A DNA stretch of 64,000 nt from an uncultured Rhodospirillaceae bacterium (lineage in GTDB: Bacteria; Pseudomonadota; Alphaproteobacteria; MPNO01; UBA830): the NCBI GenBank assembly GCA_964412235.1, contig CAYPNT010000002.1:33051-97050 (forward strand). Reading direction: 5' to 3'. This document shows positions 1 through 10,087 of this stretch, piece after piece. The notes under the pieces are model-generated. The model was not told the DNA's origin. It ran no database searches and saw only the letters and a program-made list of their open reading frames with translations. A program made the translations under genes and the position numbers. The first letter of the stretch is position 1; each line of letters begins with the position of its first letter.

Positions 1-12
1 ATTGCTCCCCGA

Positions 13-1200
13 GTGAACATGCCGTCTACGATACAAAGTCATAGCAAATTAGAGCTACCAACCGCGGATTTGTTTTATTCACGCGCGGAAGCACTTCAGC
101 CAACGTTGAGAGAACGCGCCGCGAGTTGCGAAGCTAATAAATGTGTCTCGGCAGAATCGATAGCGGATTTTAAAAAAGCCGAGCTAACTAAGATAACACA
201 GCCAACACGATTTGGCGGATATGCCATGGGGTGGGACGTATTATGTGGAGTTGCACAACGGTTGTGCAGAGCTGACGGGGCTCAGGGCTGGGTACAAGCA
301 ATCATGGCGGACCATGCACAACTGTTGGGAACATTTCCTCTACAAGCCCAAGAAGATGTATGGAAAGACAATCCAAATGCTGTTCTGTCAGCTTCCTTTG
401 ATCCAACGGGTATTGCTACACCTGTCCATAACGGTTTCAAATTGTCGGGCCGTTATGGATTTGCCAGCGGAATAGACTATGCAGACTGGTTAATTTGTGC
501 TGGTTTTATAAGAAACGGTGACAAGAAGGACGGTCCCCATTTTTTCCTTTTACGGCGCACAGATGTCAAAGTAATAGACGACTGGCATACGATCGGTCTT
601 GAAGGAACAGGATCGAAAAGTTTTGAAGTAGAAGATGTATTTGTTCCGGAATATGGGATATTAGATGGTAATCTCGCGCGCCAAGGACGCGGTCCTGGAT
701 CAAAAGCGCATCCGCAGGGGGTGTATCGCTTGCCGCGCGGCTTTCTGACCCCTGCTATCTTTGCGGCCATGACGATAGGAATGGCCCAAGGGTTGCTGGA
801 TGAGTGGCTCAAATACACTAAAAAGCGAATTTCGCGAGGGACAAAAGTCAGCGAAAAACCTTCAAGTCATATTGTTGCTGGTGAGTGCGGTGCGGCCATT
901 GAGGCCGCCAAGGCTTTAAACACAACGACCATTGTCGAGGCCATGGCATTGTTAAATACGGGAACCGAATTATCGCAACTCGAGTTACTCGAAGCCAAGC
1001 GAAATTCGTCTTGGGCCTGCCGAACCGCATTAAACTCCGGAACACGTTTATTCAACGCAGCCGGTGGCCGAGCCATATTCCGTGACAACCCACTAGAACG
1101 AAAATACCGGAATTTGCTGGCCAGCGCTGCTCACCATATTGTCGATTGGGAGACCAGTGCTCTCGAAAGCGGCCGTACGATGATAGACGAGCTAGGCTAA
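13..1200 (+). CDS. Flavin-dependent monooxygenase, oxygenase component (acyl-CoA dehydrogenase fold, HsaA / HpaH-C2-like)
   Basis: 395-aa ORF (GTG at 13, ATG at 19). Colinear by eye with two-component aromatic hydroxylase oxygenase subunits such as HsaA ('IGLEGTGSKSFEVEDVFVPE', 'QAQEDVW'). No flavin reductase follows it. Confidence 0.65.
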   Translation: MNMPSTIQSHSKLELPTADLFYSRAEALQPTLRERAASCEANKCVSAESIADFKKAELTKITQPTRFGGYAMGWDVLCGVAQRLCRADGAQGWVQAIMADHAQLLGTFPLQAQEDVWKDNPNAVLSASFDPTGIATPVHNGFKLSGRYGFASGIDYADWLICAGFIRNGDKKDGPHFFLLRRTDVKVIDDWHTIGLEGTGSKSFEVEDVFVPEYGILDGNLARQGRGPGSKAHPQGVYRLPRGFLTPAIFAAMTIGMAQGLLDEWLKYTKKRISRGTKVSEKPSSHIVAGECGAAIEAAKALNTTTIVEAMALLNTGTELSQLELLEAKRNSSWACRTALNSGTRLFNAAGGRAIFRDNPLERKYRNLLASAAHHIVDWETSALESGRTMIDELG

Positions 1201-1280
1201 GCTCGCGTAGCGGTTAGAACGACCTGGACTGATATAAACAACCAATAAAGGCAAGTGTGCAACGAAAGTTTCTATTGCCC

Positions 1281-3980
1281 TTAAGCAGCATCTAACATAT
1301 TGCGGATAACATATTGCAGGATGCCACCGTGCTTGTAGTAGTCTAGCTCGTCCAACGTATCTATTCGGCACAAAAGTTTGATCTTTGAATTGGAGCCATC
1401 CTGACGATGTATTGTGCAAAGCAATTCACCTCGGGGGCGGAGGTTTTCGGCAATACCCTCGATGTCCAAGGTCTCAGAACCATCCAAGTGGAGTGAAAGT
1501 CTTGTATCGTTATCGGTAAACTGAAGTGGTAAGACGCCCATTCCGATTAGATTAGACCTATGGATCCGCTCGAAACTCTCAACGATAACCGCACTAGCAC
1601 CAAGCAACTTAGTACCCTTAGCCGCCCAGTCGCGAGATGAGCCTGTTCCATATTCCTTCCCTCCAACTATCACCAATGGCACACCCTCGTGCGCATACCT
1701 TATCGCGGCATCATATACGGGCAATTCCTCGCCCGAAGGATGATGTTTTGTGAAGCCCCCTTCTATCCCCGGCACCATCTCATTACGAATACGAATATTT
1801 GCGAAGGTTCCCCGCATCATAACTTCGTGATTTCCTCTTCGTGAACCGTAAGAATTAAACTGGGCGGGCCGAATTTGACGTTCAAGTAGATATTCTCCCG
1901 CTGGACTTTCACGCTGAATAGAGCCAGCGGGTGAAATGTGGTCGGTAGTCACGGAGTCGGCGAGTATCAACAAAGGACGGGCGCCAATAACGTCAGTGAT
2001 AGCATCGGGTTCACGCTCCATCCCCTCAAAAAACGAGGGAAACTTCACATACGTACTTGTGTCCTGCCAGGCATAGGTTTCAGATGCGGTGCTACTGATC
2101 GTGCGCCATTCTTCCGGCCCCTCAAAAACATTGTCGTACCGACTGCGGTACATATCCGCCGTCAAACATTCGCGCATGGTGTTATGGATCTCTTCGTTTG
2201 TTGGCCAAACGTCACGAAGATAAACTAACTTTCCGTCTTTATCCGTTCCTAGAGGATCGACAGCGAGATTGATCTTGAGAGAACCTGCGAGTGCGTAGGC
2301 AACAACTAATGGAGGCGAGGCAAGAAAGTTCGCGCGCACTTGCTGGTGTACGCGCCCCTCAAAATTCCGGTTTCCAGAAAGGACCGCACCGACAACTAAA
2401 TCTCCCTCATCTATCGCAGTGTCCACTTTTGGTGGCAAGGGACCCGAGTTTCCGATACAGGTTGTGCAACCAAAACCAACTATGTTGAATCCCAACGCGT
2501 CAAGGTCTGTTTGAAGATCCGCTTTTTCAAGATAATCTCTTACTACCTGGCTTCCAGGCGCGAGTGAGGTCTTAACCCAGGGTTTCACCGTTAGACCCCT
2601 AGAGACAGCATTACGCGCAAGCAAACCTGCCCCGATAAGAACTGAGGGGTTTGATGTGTTCGTACAACTCGTAATTGCCGCAATCACGACATCGCCATCT
2701 TCGACCGTAAAGTCACCATGGGTAACCCGAGTATCGAGATCAAAAAATACTGGCTCAGAACCCCGATGATCAGAGATGGCTTTAACAGCCGTCGTAGGGA
2801 CATCATATAATAACACGCGATCTTGTGGGCGCTTCGGCCCAGCAAGCGATGGCTCCACAGTGTTTAAATCCAATTCCAGTGTATCGGTAAAGACCGGGTC
2901 GAGCGAATTTTGATCACGCCACATTCCCTGAGCCTTCGCGTAGGACTCAACTAATGCCACTTTTTCTTCATCTCTACCTGTAAACCTCAGGTAGTCACAC
3001 GTTTCGGAATCAATTGGAAAAAATCCACATGTCGCACCATACTCTGGCGCCATATTCCCAATAGTGGCTCTGTCGGGGAGCGCTAACGTGCCAACGCCTG
3101 GGCCATAGAATTCCACAAATTTTCCGACTACACCGTGAGCGCGAAGCATTTGGGTTACCGTCAGCACCAAATCTGTCGCCGTGGTACCCTCTTTGAGGGT
3201 TCCCGTGAGCTTAAAGCCGATCACTTCGGGTAGTAACATCGAAATTGGCTGTCCTAACATTGCAGCCTCAGCCTCTATACCGCCAACACCCCACGACAAA
3301 ACTGCCATTCCGTTGACCATCGTGGTGTGGCTGTCAGTCCCCACGACGGTATCAGGATACGCCAGAGTTCGCCCTTTGCTATCAGAGCCGACCCACACGG
3401 TCTGGGACAAATACTCAAGGTTAACCTGATGACAAATGCCCGTCCCCGGAGGAACCACCCTAAAGTTATTAAAAGCCTTTGAACCCCAGCTTAAAAACTC
3501 ATATCTCTCTTTGTTTCTCTCAAACTCAAGCTGGACATTTTTGCCGAAGGCACCATCCGTGCCGTGTTCATCGATCATTACAGAATGATCAATCACCAGA
3601 TCTACCGCATTCAGGGGGTTTATCTTTTGGGGATCACCGCCAAGCTCAACCATTGCGTCTCGCATTGCCGCCAAATCAACGACAGCGGGAACGCCAGTGA
3701 AATCCTGAAGCAGGATCCGCGCGGGGCGGTACGCTATTTCAAGATCAGACTTTTGGCTCTCTACCCATTTAGCAGCTATTTCTATGTCCTCTAAAGTAAC
3801 TGACCTGCCGTCTTCGTAACGAAGCAAATTCTCTAATAGGACCTTGAGCGAATAAGGCATCCTAGAAATATCGCCAAACCCGGCTTCAGATATCGTGTCC
3901 AAGCTGAAATAATCATAGGACTTTGAGCCAACCTTTAACGTGCGGCGGGCTTTAAGCGTATCCTGTCCGGTTGCGCTCAC
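1281..3980 (-). CDS. acnA: Aconitate hydratase A
   Basis: 899 aa. Fe-S ligand and active-site motifs 'VGTDSHTTM', 'TSCTNTSNP', 'GCTTCIGNSG', 'SGNRNFEGR'. Confidence 0.95.
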   Translation of the reverse strand: MSATGQDTLKARRTLKVGSKSYDYFSLDTISEAGFGDISRMPYSLKVLLENLLRYEDGRSVTLEDIEIAAKWVESQKSDLEIAYRPARILLQDFTGVPAVVDLAAMRDAMVELGGDPQKINPLNAVDLVIDHSVMIDEHGTDGAFGKNVQLEFERNKERYEFLSWGSKAFNNFRVVPPGTGICHQVNLEYLSQTVWVGSDSKGRTLAYPDTVVGTDSHTTMVNGMAVLSWGVGGIEAEAAMLGQPISMLLPEVIGFKLTGTLKEGTTATDLVLTVTQMLRAHGVVGKFVEFYGPGVGTLALPDRATIGNMAPEYGATCGFFPIDSETCDYLRFTGRDEEKVALVESYAKAQGMWRDQNSLDPVFTDTLELDLNTVEPSLAGPKRPQDRVLLYDVPTTAVKAISDHRGSEPVFFDLDTRVTHGDFTVEDGDVVIAAITSCTNTSNPSVLIGAGLLARNAVSRGLTVKPWVKTSLAPGSQVVRDYLEKADLQTDLDALGFNIVGFGCTTCIGNSGPLPPKVDTAIDEGDLVVGAVLSGNRNFEGRVHQQVRANFLASPPLVVAYALAGSLKINLAVDPLGTDKDGKLVYLRDVWPTNEEIHNTMRECLTADMYRSRYDNVFEGPEEWRTISSTASETYAWQDTSTYVKFPSFFEGMEREPDAITDVIGARPLLILADSVTTDHISPAGSIQRESPAGEYLLERQIRPAQFNSYGSRRGNHEVMMRGTFANIRIRNEMVPGIEGGFTKHHPSGEELPVYDAAIRYAHEGVPLVIVGGKEYGTGSSRDWAAKGTKLLGASAVIVESFERIHRSNLIGMGVLPLQFTDNDTRLSLHLDGSETLDIEGIAENLRPRGELLCTIHRQDGSNSKIKLLCRIDTLDELDYYKHGGILQYVIRNMLDAA

Positions 3981-4089
3981 CTGACGCCTCCCTTGTATAA
4001 TTGATGTGGCCGGAAACTAACGGCTATTTTTGTTAAATCCAATAGGTATAACGATGACAATTGGGCATTTATAAGCTATCCAAAAGTTA

Positions 4090-4737
4090 ATGGACCACTT
4101 TACCGGCACCGGTCTTACCTGCGTACGAGGCGACCGTATTATTTTTACTGGGCTAAACTTCACGCTTAGCCCTGGCGACGCTCTTGTGCTTTCCGGACCT
4201 AATGGCTCCGGGAAAACAAGCTTACTTCGCGTGATGGCTGGTCTTTCTCCACCGCGTGCGGGCATTATAAAATGGCGCGGTCAATCTTTGGCCAACGACC
4301 CCGTGCCATTTTTTAACGACATCCATTACCTGGGGCACCAGAATGCTGTTAAACCCGCACTTTCAGTCCGGGAAAATCTTGATTTTTACAGTTCTTTGAG
4401 ACCAAGCCAATATGATGTCGAAGCGGCTCTCAGCACATTAGGTTTAAGCAAATTTTCCAATTTACCGGCACGGTTACTGTCAGCCGGGCAAACACGCCGG
4501 GTGGCTCTTTCCCGAATTTTATGTAGCCCCGCGTCGATCTGGCTCCTAGACGAGCCATTCGTCTCTCTGGATCAAGATTCTGCCGTAATAGTTTACAAAG
4601 AAATTACAAAACACAGAACAAACGGCGGTATGGTCGTGATATCAACCAATGCCCCCCTCGAGTTGACAAATTTTAAAACGATCAATCTCGAGACGTTTGC
4701 TTACTGTGACACAACAATATGGGGAGACAGAATATGA
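4090..4737 (+). CDS. ccmA: Heme exporter ATP-binding protein CcmA
   Basis: Walker A 'GPNGSGKTS', signature 'LSAGQTRRVALSR', Walker B 'WLLDEP'. First gene of the ccm locus. Confidence 0.85.
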   Translation: MDHFTGTGLTCVRGDRIIFTGLNFTLSPGDALVLSGPNGSGKTSLLRVMAGLSPPRAGIIKWRGQSLANDPVPFFNDIHYLGHQNAVKPALSVRENLDFYSSLRPSQYDVEAALSTLGLSKFSNLPARLLSAGQTRRVALSRILCSPASIWLLDEPFVSLDQDSAVIVYKEITKHRTNGGMVVISTNAPLELTNFKTINLETFAYCDTTIWGDRI

Positions 4738-5399
4738 GGGGTTTTTGCGCTCTTGTTCGAGTCGATCTCCGTATTGCCACTCGAGAAATGAGCGACAGCA
4801 TAGCAATAATCTTGTTTTTGGGAATTGCAGCCTGCCTTTTTCCACTAGGATTAGGGCCGGAACCAAACATGCTCACACGCATCGCCCCGGGGATCCTGTG
4901 GGTTACAGCACTATTCGCAACTATGTTATCGTTCGACCGCCTTTTCCATGCTGACTATCAAGACGGAACGCTGGAAATATTAATAGTATCTCCACAGACA
5001 CTTTGGGTCAGCGCTTTGGCTAAAATTACAGCGCACTGGCTAACAACGGGCCTTCCGTTGGTAGTGGTTTCACCCTTTATCGCGGTCATGCTGCATCTTG
5101 ATCCAGACGGATACGTGGTACTTGCTACAACGTTAGCACTCGGGACCGCGATTATAAGCCTTATTGGCGCACTTGGCGCCGCACTTACATTAGGATCTCG
5201 ACGAAGCGGGGTTTTGCTCTCAGTGCTCGTCCTCCCGCTGTTAGTTCCCGTCCTGATTTTTGGTGTGGGAACTGTCGAGGCGACAATCCAGGGTTATGCG
5301 GTGACCCAACCATTTCTCATACTGGCAGCTATTTTTCTAATTTGTTTGGTCAGTTGTCCTTGGTCCTGTTCGCGTGTCCTTCGGAGCGCTATTGATTAA
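4734..5399 (+). CDS. ccmB: Heme exporter membrane protein CcmB
   Basis: Polytopic hydrophobic protein directly after ccmA. The ATG at 4734 overlaps the ccmA TGA (ATGA coupling). The track ORF starts at 4719. Confidence 0.85.
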   Translation: MRGFCALVRVDLRIATREMSDSIAIILFLGIAACLFPLGLGPEPNMLTRIAPGILWVTALFATMLSFDRLFHADYQDGTLEILIVSPQTLWVSALAKITAHWLTTGLPLVVVSPFIAVMLHLDPDGYVVLATTLALGTAIISLIGALGAALTLGSRRSGVLLSVLVLPLLVPVLIFGVGTVEATIQGYAVTQPFLILAAIFLICLVSCPWSCSRVLRSAID

Positions 5400-5522
5400 G
5401 TAACTTATGGATAATTGGGATATTATTTTAAGGTGTTTCTGTAACAATGTTTTTCGGACCATTAATTGCCATTTACTTCCTTAACATTACTTCCTCAATG
5501 TATTCTAAACTTTTAATGCTAT

Positions 5523-5562
5523 TACTAGTAAGAACTTAGAGGTACTAGTAAGAACGTAGAGG
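5523..5562. repeat. Tandem direct repeat, 2 x 20 bp (TACTAGTAAGAAC[T/G]TAGAGG)
   Basis: Read directly: 5523-5542 and 5543-5562 differ at one base. Sits in the 205-bp AT-rich ccmB-ccmC spacer. Confidence 0.9.
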
Positions 5563-5604
5563 GTCAAAAAAAGTTTATGGTTTTTCCTGATCACCAATAT
5601 TGAA

Positions 5605-6330
5605 ATGTTACATAGGTTTGCCAATCCTACCCGGTTCCTTCGGTTTGCCAATGCTGCTTTGCCCTGGTGTACGTGGTTAAGCGTCGCTCTGATAACAGCC
5701 GGCCTTTATTTTTCATTTGCCGCATCGCCTGCAGATTATCAGCAAGGTCAAACGGTCAGGATAATGTATGTCCATGTCCCCGCTGCCTGGATGGCTATGT
5801 TCGCATACGCTTTCATCGTTATAGCAAGTGCAACCGGATTAATTTGGAAACATCCCATTGCCCATATCTCTGCCGTTGCCGCGGCGCCGGTGGGCGCATG
5901 TTTTACTCTGGTATGTCTCGTGACTGGTTCATTATGGGGAAAACCTATGTGGGGCACATGGTGGGTTTGGGATGCACGGCTCACATCTGTACTCGTGTTA
6001 TTCTTTATATACGTGGGCTTTATCGCTCTAGCTAATGCTTTCGAAAACCCCACCAGGGGCGAAAAAAGTTCTGCTGTGCTAGCTCTCGTCGGTTCTGCCG
6101 TACTGCCGGTGATTAAATTTTCGGTGGATTGGTGGAACACACTCCACCAGCCTGCAAGTGTAATGAAAATGGATCTACCATCGATCCATATATCCATGCT
6201 GATACCCCTGCTTCTCATGGCGTTCGGTTTTGTCACACTTTTTTTTGCGGTGGTAATAGTTCGAACTCGAACTGAATTAGCCTCGAGGCGCGTGAATGCG
6301 CTTCGAGCCAATCGAACGTTCTATAAATAG
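5605..6330 (+). CDS. ccmC: Heme exporter / heme-handling protein CcmC
   Basis: WWD motif 'WGTWWVWDARLTS'. Flanking conserved His in 'YVHVPAAW' and 'TLHQPAS'. Confidence 0.9.
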   Translation: MLHRFANPTRFLRFANAALPWCTWLSVALITAGLYFSFAASPADYQQGQTVRIMYVHVPAAWMAMFAYAFIVIASATGLIWKHPIAHISAVAAAPVGACFTLVCLVTGSLWGKPMWGTWWVWDARLTSVLVLFFIYVGFIALANAFENPTRGEKSSAVLALVGSAVLPVIKFSVDWWNTLHQPASVMKMDLPSIHISMLIPLLLMAFGFVTLFFAVVIVRTRTELASRRVNALRANRTFYK

Positions 6331-6454
6331 TATGGAGAAACCCCTAAAAGATCCTATGAGATTCAAAAGAGGTTTTTAATAATAACTTAATGCTGAACAA
6401 GCAAAATGACGCTTTAGATGACCACGTAAATATACAGCTAGGTAAGGAAAAATC

Positions 6455-6634
6455 GTGACTGAATTTTTGCATATGGGAGGATATGCTGCCTTTGTCTGGC
6501 CAGCGTGGTTAGTAGCATTACTGATCCTCGGTGGCTTAAGCAGCTTCAGTGTATGGAGAATGAGGGCAAAAGAACGCGAACTAAGGCAAATTGAACAGAA
6601 ATTGGTACGCCGCCCAAACAAAACAATTGGGTAA
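6455..6634 (+). CDS. ccmD: Heme exporter protein CcmD (small membrane protein, absent from the ORF track)
   Basis: Hand translation: (V)TEFLHMGGYAAFVWPAWLVALLILGGLSSFSVWRMRAKERELRQIEQKLVRRPNKTIG*. Typical CcmD 'MGGYAAFVWPAW' N-terminus, one TM segment and a basic tail. GTG at 6455 or ATG at 6473. Lies between ccmC and ccmE. Confidence 0.75.
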   Translation: MTEFLHMGGYAAFVWPAWLVALLILGGLSSFSVWRMRAKERELRQIEQKLVRRPNKTIG

Positions 6635-6640
6635 GACTAA

Positions 6641-7099
6641 ATGACACGAAAAGGACGTAGACTCAGCTTAATTCTTGTGTGCGGATCCATCTTCGGTTTA
6701 GCACTTTTATTGGTCTTAAACGCCCTTGAGGACAACATCGTATTTTTCCACACACCTACAGACATCGCAGAGCGTGCCGACCTCACCTTGGATAAACGTT
6801 TTCGAATTGGGGGCCTCGTAAAGCAGAACAGTTGGAAGAAAAAAACCGGATCTGAACACACATTTTTTGTAACTGATATCTCCCATGAAATTCAGGTCAT
6901 ATATAATGGGATTGTGCCAGACCTGTTCCGGGAAGGACAAGGCGTCGTCGTGGAAGGTTACCTGACCCCTGATGGAATTTTTAAAGCTGACGAGGTCCTT
7001 GCCAAACATGATGAAAATTATATGCCAAAGGAAGTGGCGACTGCCTTAAAGAAATCAGGGCGTTGGAAAGGCGTGAAACCGGAGGTAATGGAAAAATGA
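6641..7099 (+). CDS. ccmE: Cytochrome c-type biogenesis heme chaperone CcmE
   Basis: N-terminal membrane anchor. Heme-binding motif '[12 protein letters not shown]' with the His and Tyr present. Confidence 0.92.
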   Translation: MTRKGRRLSLILVCGSIFGLALLLVLNALEDNIVFFHTPTDIAERADLTLDKRFRIGGLVKQNSWKKKTGSEHTFFVTDISHEIQVIYNGIVPDLFREGQGVVVEGYLTPDGIFKADEVLAKHDENYMPKEVATALKKSGRWKGVKPEVMEK

Positions 7100-9057
7100 T
7101 CGCGGAAGCTGGTCTTTATGCTCTGATGCTTGCGTTTTCACTAGCCATTTTGCAAGGAGTAGCGCCATTGATCGGCGCCAGCCAAGGCAACATGACCTTA
7201 ATGAAGATTGGACGGCATGCAGCGCGAGGACATTTCTTTTTTACAGCGGTAGCCTTTGGGACGCTGATGTATGCCAATATCGTCTCTGACTTTTCAATCG
7301 CCATAGTGGCGCAGCATTCCCACACACTCAAGCCTATGCTCTATAAAGTGGCCGGGGTTTGGGGCAATCATGAAGGTTCGATGTTGTTGTGGGTGCTCGT
7401 TCTGTCTTTTTTTGGAGTGCTTATAGCTGAATTCGGAAACAAACTTCCGATTATACTGCATTCCAGAGTGCTCGGCATACAGGGAATAATTGGTCTCGGG
7501 TTTCTGGCGTTTATCCTGTTTACCTCCAATCCTTTTACGCGCTTGGACCCCGCACCGATAGAAGGCGGTGGCTTAAATCCTTTGTTGCAAGACCCCGGCC
7601 TCGCGAACCCCCCATTTCTTTACCTGGGTTATGTAGGATTTTCGGTTGCGTTCTCGTTCGCTATTGCCGCCCTTATAGAGGGGCGGGTTGACCCTGCCTG
7701 GGCGCGGTGGGTGCGACCGTGGACTATGGCGGCGTGGACTACCCTGACGATCGGGATAGCGCTGGGTAGCTGGTGGGCGTATTACGAGCTTGGCTGGGGA
7801 GGATGGTGGTTTTGGGATCCTGTCGAAAATGCGTCGTTTATGCCCTGGCTTGTTGGTACCGCACTACTTCATTCGGCGCTGGTGGTAGAGAAACGTGATA
7901 CAATCAAAACCTGGACAATTTTTCTCGCAATCATAACGTTCGGGATGTCCCTACTCGGAACCTTTCTTGTGAGGTCCGGGGTCCTTACTTCCGTCCACAC
8001 TTTTGCGACCGACCCCGAGCGCGGAGTATTTATTCTCGTTCTTCTTATATTTTTTGTCGGAGGGGGATTAACCCTTTTTGCTATTCGGGCCCCGGCAATA
8101 AAGGGAAAGGGAAACTTTTCGCCAATCAGTCGTGAAGGCGCGTTGATTTTGAATAATTTGTTGTTGGCGACAGCATGCGCGGTAGTATTTCTGGGAACCC
8201 TATACCCATTGGCTCTTGACGCGCTCAATTTTGGTAAAATTTCTGTCGGCGCACCGTACTTTAATGCCACATTCGTCCCCCTAATGCTGCCATTGCTGGT
8301 CGCCTGTCCGGTCGGGGCAATGTTGGCCTGGAAACAAGGCGACCTAGTAGGGGTTTTGGAGCGCCTAAAGATTGCAGCGCTCATAGCAGTTACAGGGGCA
8401 ATTTGTACGGTTTTTATCGCTAGGATAACCGAGCCACTAGTCGCAATAGCCATGGGCATAAGCGGTTGGCTCGTCGTTGGCAGCATAATTAGTCTCATGG
8501 AACGAGTGGGTCTTCTGAAAGTATCTTTAGGAGAGACCCTACTTAGGGTCAAACATTTGCCGCGTTCTGCATGGTCTACCGCGATCGCACATGGCGGCCT
8601 AGGGATTGTCGTCGCTGGAATAACAGCGTCAACAGCTTGGCAAATGGAAAAAATAACAGCAATCAAACCCAATGAAACTGTGGCACTTGCGGATTACCAA
8701 ATTACCTTCCGAGGTGTTCAAACAACTACAGGACCCAACTATACCGCCATTCGCGGTATTTTTGACCTCAGCACAAACCAAAAGAAAATAACCAGTCTAT
8801 TGCCCGAAAAACGAACGTACACAATTGAAGGGTCCACAACCACCGAGGCGGCGATATATACTACAATGGTTGCGGACGTATACATCGTATTAGGAGAAAA
8901 GAATGATAAAGGGGGTTGGACCGTGCGTATCTATTACAACCCCCTGGTTCCATGGATTTGGGCGGGAGCAATTTTTATGGCTTTTGGTGGACTAATATCT
9001 ATCAGTGACCGCCAAAAACGAATTGGTGTCTCCAAACGGACCGGCGGAACACTATAG
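7096..9057 (+). CDS. ccmF: Cytochrome c heme lyase subunit CcmF
   Basis: '[19 protein letters not shown]' WWD domain. TM-His1 'ALLHS', P-His2 'SVHTF', TM-His2 'AIAHGG'. The ATG at 7096 overlaps the ccmE stop (ATGA). The expected P-His1 is Asn (see findings). Confidence 0.92.
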   Translation: MIAEAGLYALMLAFSLAILQGVAPLIGASQGNMTLMKIGRHAARGHFFFTAVAFGTLMYANIVSDFSIAIVAQHSHTLKPMLYKVAGVWGNHEGSMLLWVLVLSFFGVLIAEFGNKLPIILHSRVLGIQGIIGLGFLAFILFTSNPFTRLDPAPIEGGGLNPLLQDPGLANPPFLYLGYVGFSVAFSFAIAALIEGRVDPAWARWVRPWTMAAWTTLTIGIALGSWWAYYELGWGGWWFWDPVENASFMPWLVGTALLHSALVVEKRDTIKTWTIFLAIITFGMSLLGTFLVRSGVLTSVHTFATDPERGVFILVLLIFFVGGGLTLFAIRAPAIKGKGNFSPISREGALILNNLLLATACAVVFLGTLYPLALDALNFGKISVGAPYFNATFVPLMLPLLVACPVGAMLAWKQGDLVGVLERLKIAALIAVTGAICTVFIARITEPLVAIAMGISGWLVVGSIISLMERVGLLKVSLGETLLRVKHLPRSAWSTAIAHGGLGIVVAGITASTAWQMEKITAIKPNETVALADYQITFRGVQTTTGPNYTAIRGIFDLSTNQKKITSLLPEKRTYTIEGSTTTEAAIYTTMVADVYIVLGEKNDKGGWTVRIYYNPLVPWIWAGAIFMAFGGLISISDRQKRIGVSKRTGGTL

Positions 9058-9065
9058 AAATTTAC

Positions 9066-9617
9066 ATGCGCTCGATAGCACTCATACCTCTTTTAGCGTT
9101 TCTATTATTAGCGTTTCTACTGGGAATATACCTCTGGCAGTTGGGTGCCGGTGAAAAAAACACATTTCAATTGCCGTCGGCATTAATTAATAAGCCAATA
9201 CCTGAGTTCAGTTTACCTCCGATTAAAAACATGGAGGCACAGACCAAAGGCCTTAGGACATCCGACTTGAAAGGGAAAGTAGCGCTCGTAAACATCTGGG
9301 CGTCCTGGTGCCCTCCTTGCCAAGCAGAACACCCAATCTTAATGGACCTAGCGGACGAAGGTATTAAAATTTATGGAATAAACTATCGTGATACCCCCCG
9401 AGATGCGCGTGCTTTTCTCGAAATGCTGGGGAACCCTTACAAAAAAATCGGGGCGGACATCCAGGGAAGGGTGGCAATCGATTGGGGAGTATACGGCTAC
9501 CCTGAAACCTTTGTTGTCGACCAAACGGGGAGAATTCGGTACCGACATGTCGGCCCAATTAACCCCGGACAATTAAACTCTGTAATCCGACCAATTCTGA
9601 ATAAAGTATCAAGATGA
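9066..9617 (+). CDS. ccmG: Periplasmic thiol:disulfide oxidoreductase CcmG/DsbE
   Basis: Signal anchor plus thioredoxin fold with 'WASWCPPCQAEHP'. Confidence 0.9.
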   Translation: MRSIALIPLLAFLLLAFLLGIYLWQLGAGEKNTFQLPSALINKPIPEFSLPPIKNMEAQTKGLRTSDLKGKVALVNIWASWCPPCQAEHPILMDLADEGIKIYGINYRDTPRDARAFLEMLGNPYKKIGADIQGRVAIDWGVYGYPETFVVDQTGRIRYRHVGPINPGQLNSVIRPILNKVSR

Positions 9618-10087
9618 TCGCACGGTTAATTATTGCTCTTTTTTTGTTTACCCCCAATGCGTTCGCCGTAGAACCAGCCGAAATGCTTAAAGACAACGCA
9701 CTTGAGGCCCGTGCGCGCTTGTTAAGTAAGGAATTGCGCTGCCTGGTCTGCCAGAATCAGTCCATCGATGATTCAGACGCGTTGCTCGCAAAGGACCTTC
9801 GAACGCTGGTGCGAGAACGGATAATGTCGGGAGACTCGAATGATGAGGTGATTGACTTTGTCGTAAAAAGATACGGTGATTTTGTACTCCTTCGGCCCCC
9901 TTTCAAATTTTTAACGGCCGCCCTCTGGACGGGTCCAGCAATTATCCTAATCACTAGCGCAGCGGTTATACTTTTCTTGCTCCGAAGACGAAAAAAAACA
10001 ACCGGAAACGCTGTCAGGCCGCTTAACTCGGATGAGCGTGCGCTTGTTCAAGACCTTCTTGCCGAACCAAACAAACATGACCCTTAG
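9614..10087 (+). CDS. ccmH: Cytochrome c-type biogenesis protein CcmH
   Basis: 'LRCLVCQNQSIDDSDA' CXXC motif. ATGA overlap with ccmG. Confidence 0.88.
   Translation: MIARLIIALFLFTPNAFAVEPAEMLKDNALEARARLLSKELRCLVCQNQSIDDSDALLAKDLRTLVRERIMSGDSNDEVIDFVVKRYGDFVLLRPPFKFLTAALWTGPAIILITSAAVILFLLRRRKKTTGNAVRPLNSDERALVQDLLAEPNKHDP

Noticed and set aside
5447-5539. 30-aa hydrophobic ORF (MFFGPLIAIYFLNITSSMYSKLLMLLLVRT) in the ccmB-ccmC spacer; also a 25-aa ORF from 5407
   Set aside because: No Shine-Dalgarno. AT-rich sequence generates such ORFs by chance, and it ends inside the tandem repeat. Not supportable without conservation or expression data.
5523-5562. Considered whether the 20-bp tandem repeat is a degenerate CRISPR or minisatellite
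   Set aside because: There are only two adjacent units with no spacer and no further copies in the window. Kept as a simple tandem repeat / possible regulatory site.
7869-8672. 267-aa antisense ORF inside ccmF
   Set aside because: Shadow ORF opposite a strongly supported gene. Arg/Pro/Ala/Thr-rich composition, typical of antisense frames, and no domain signal.
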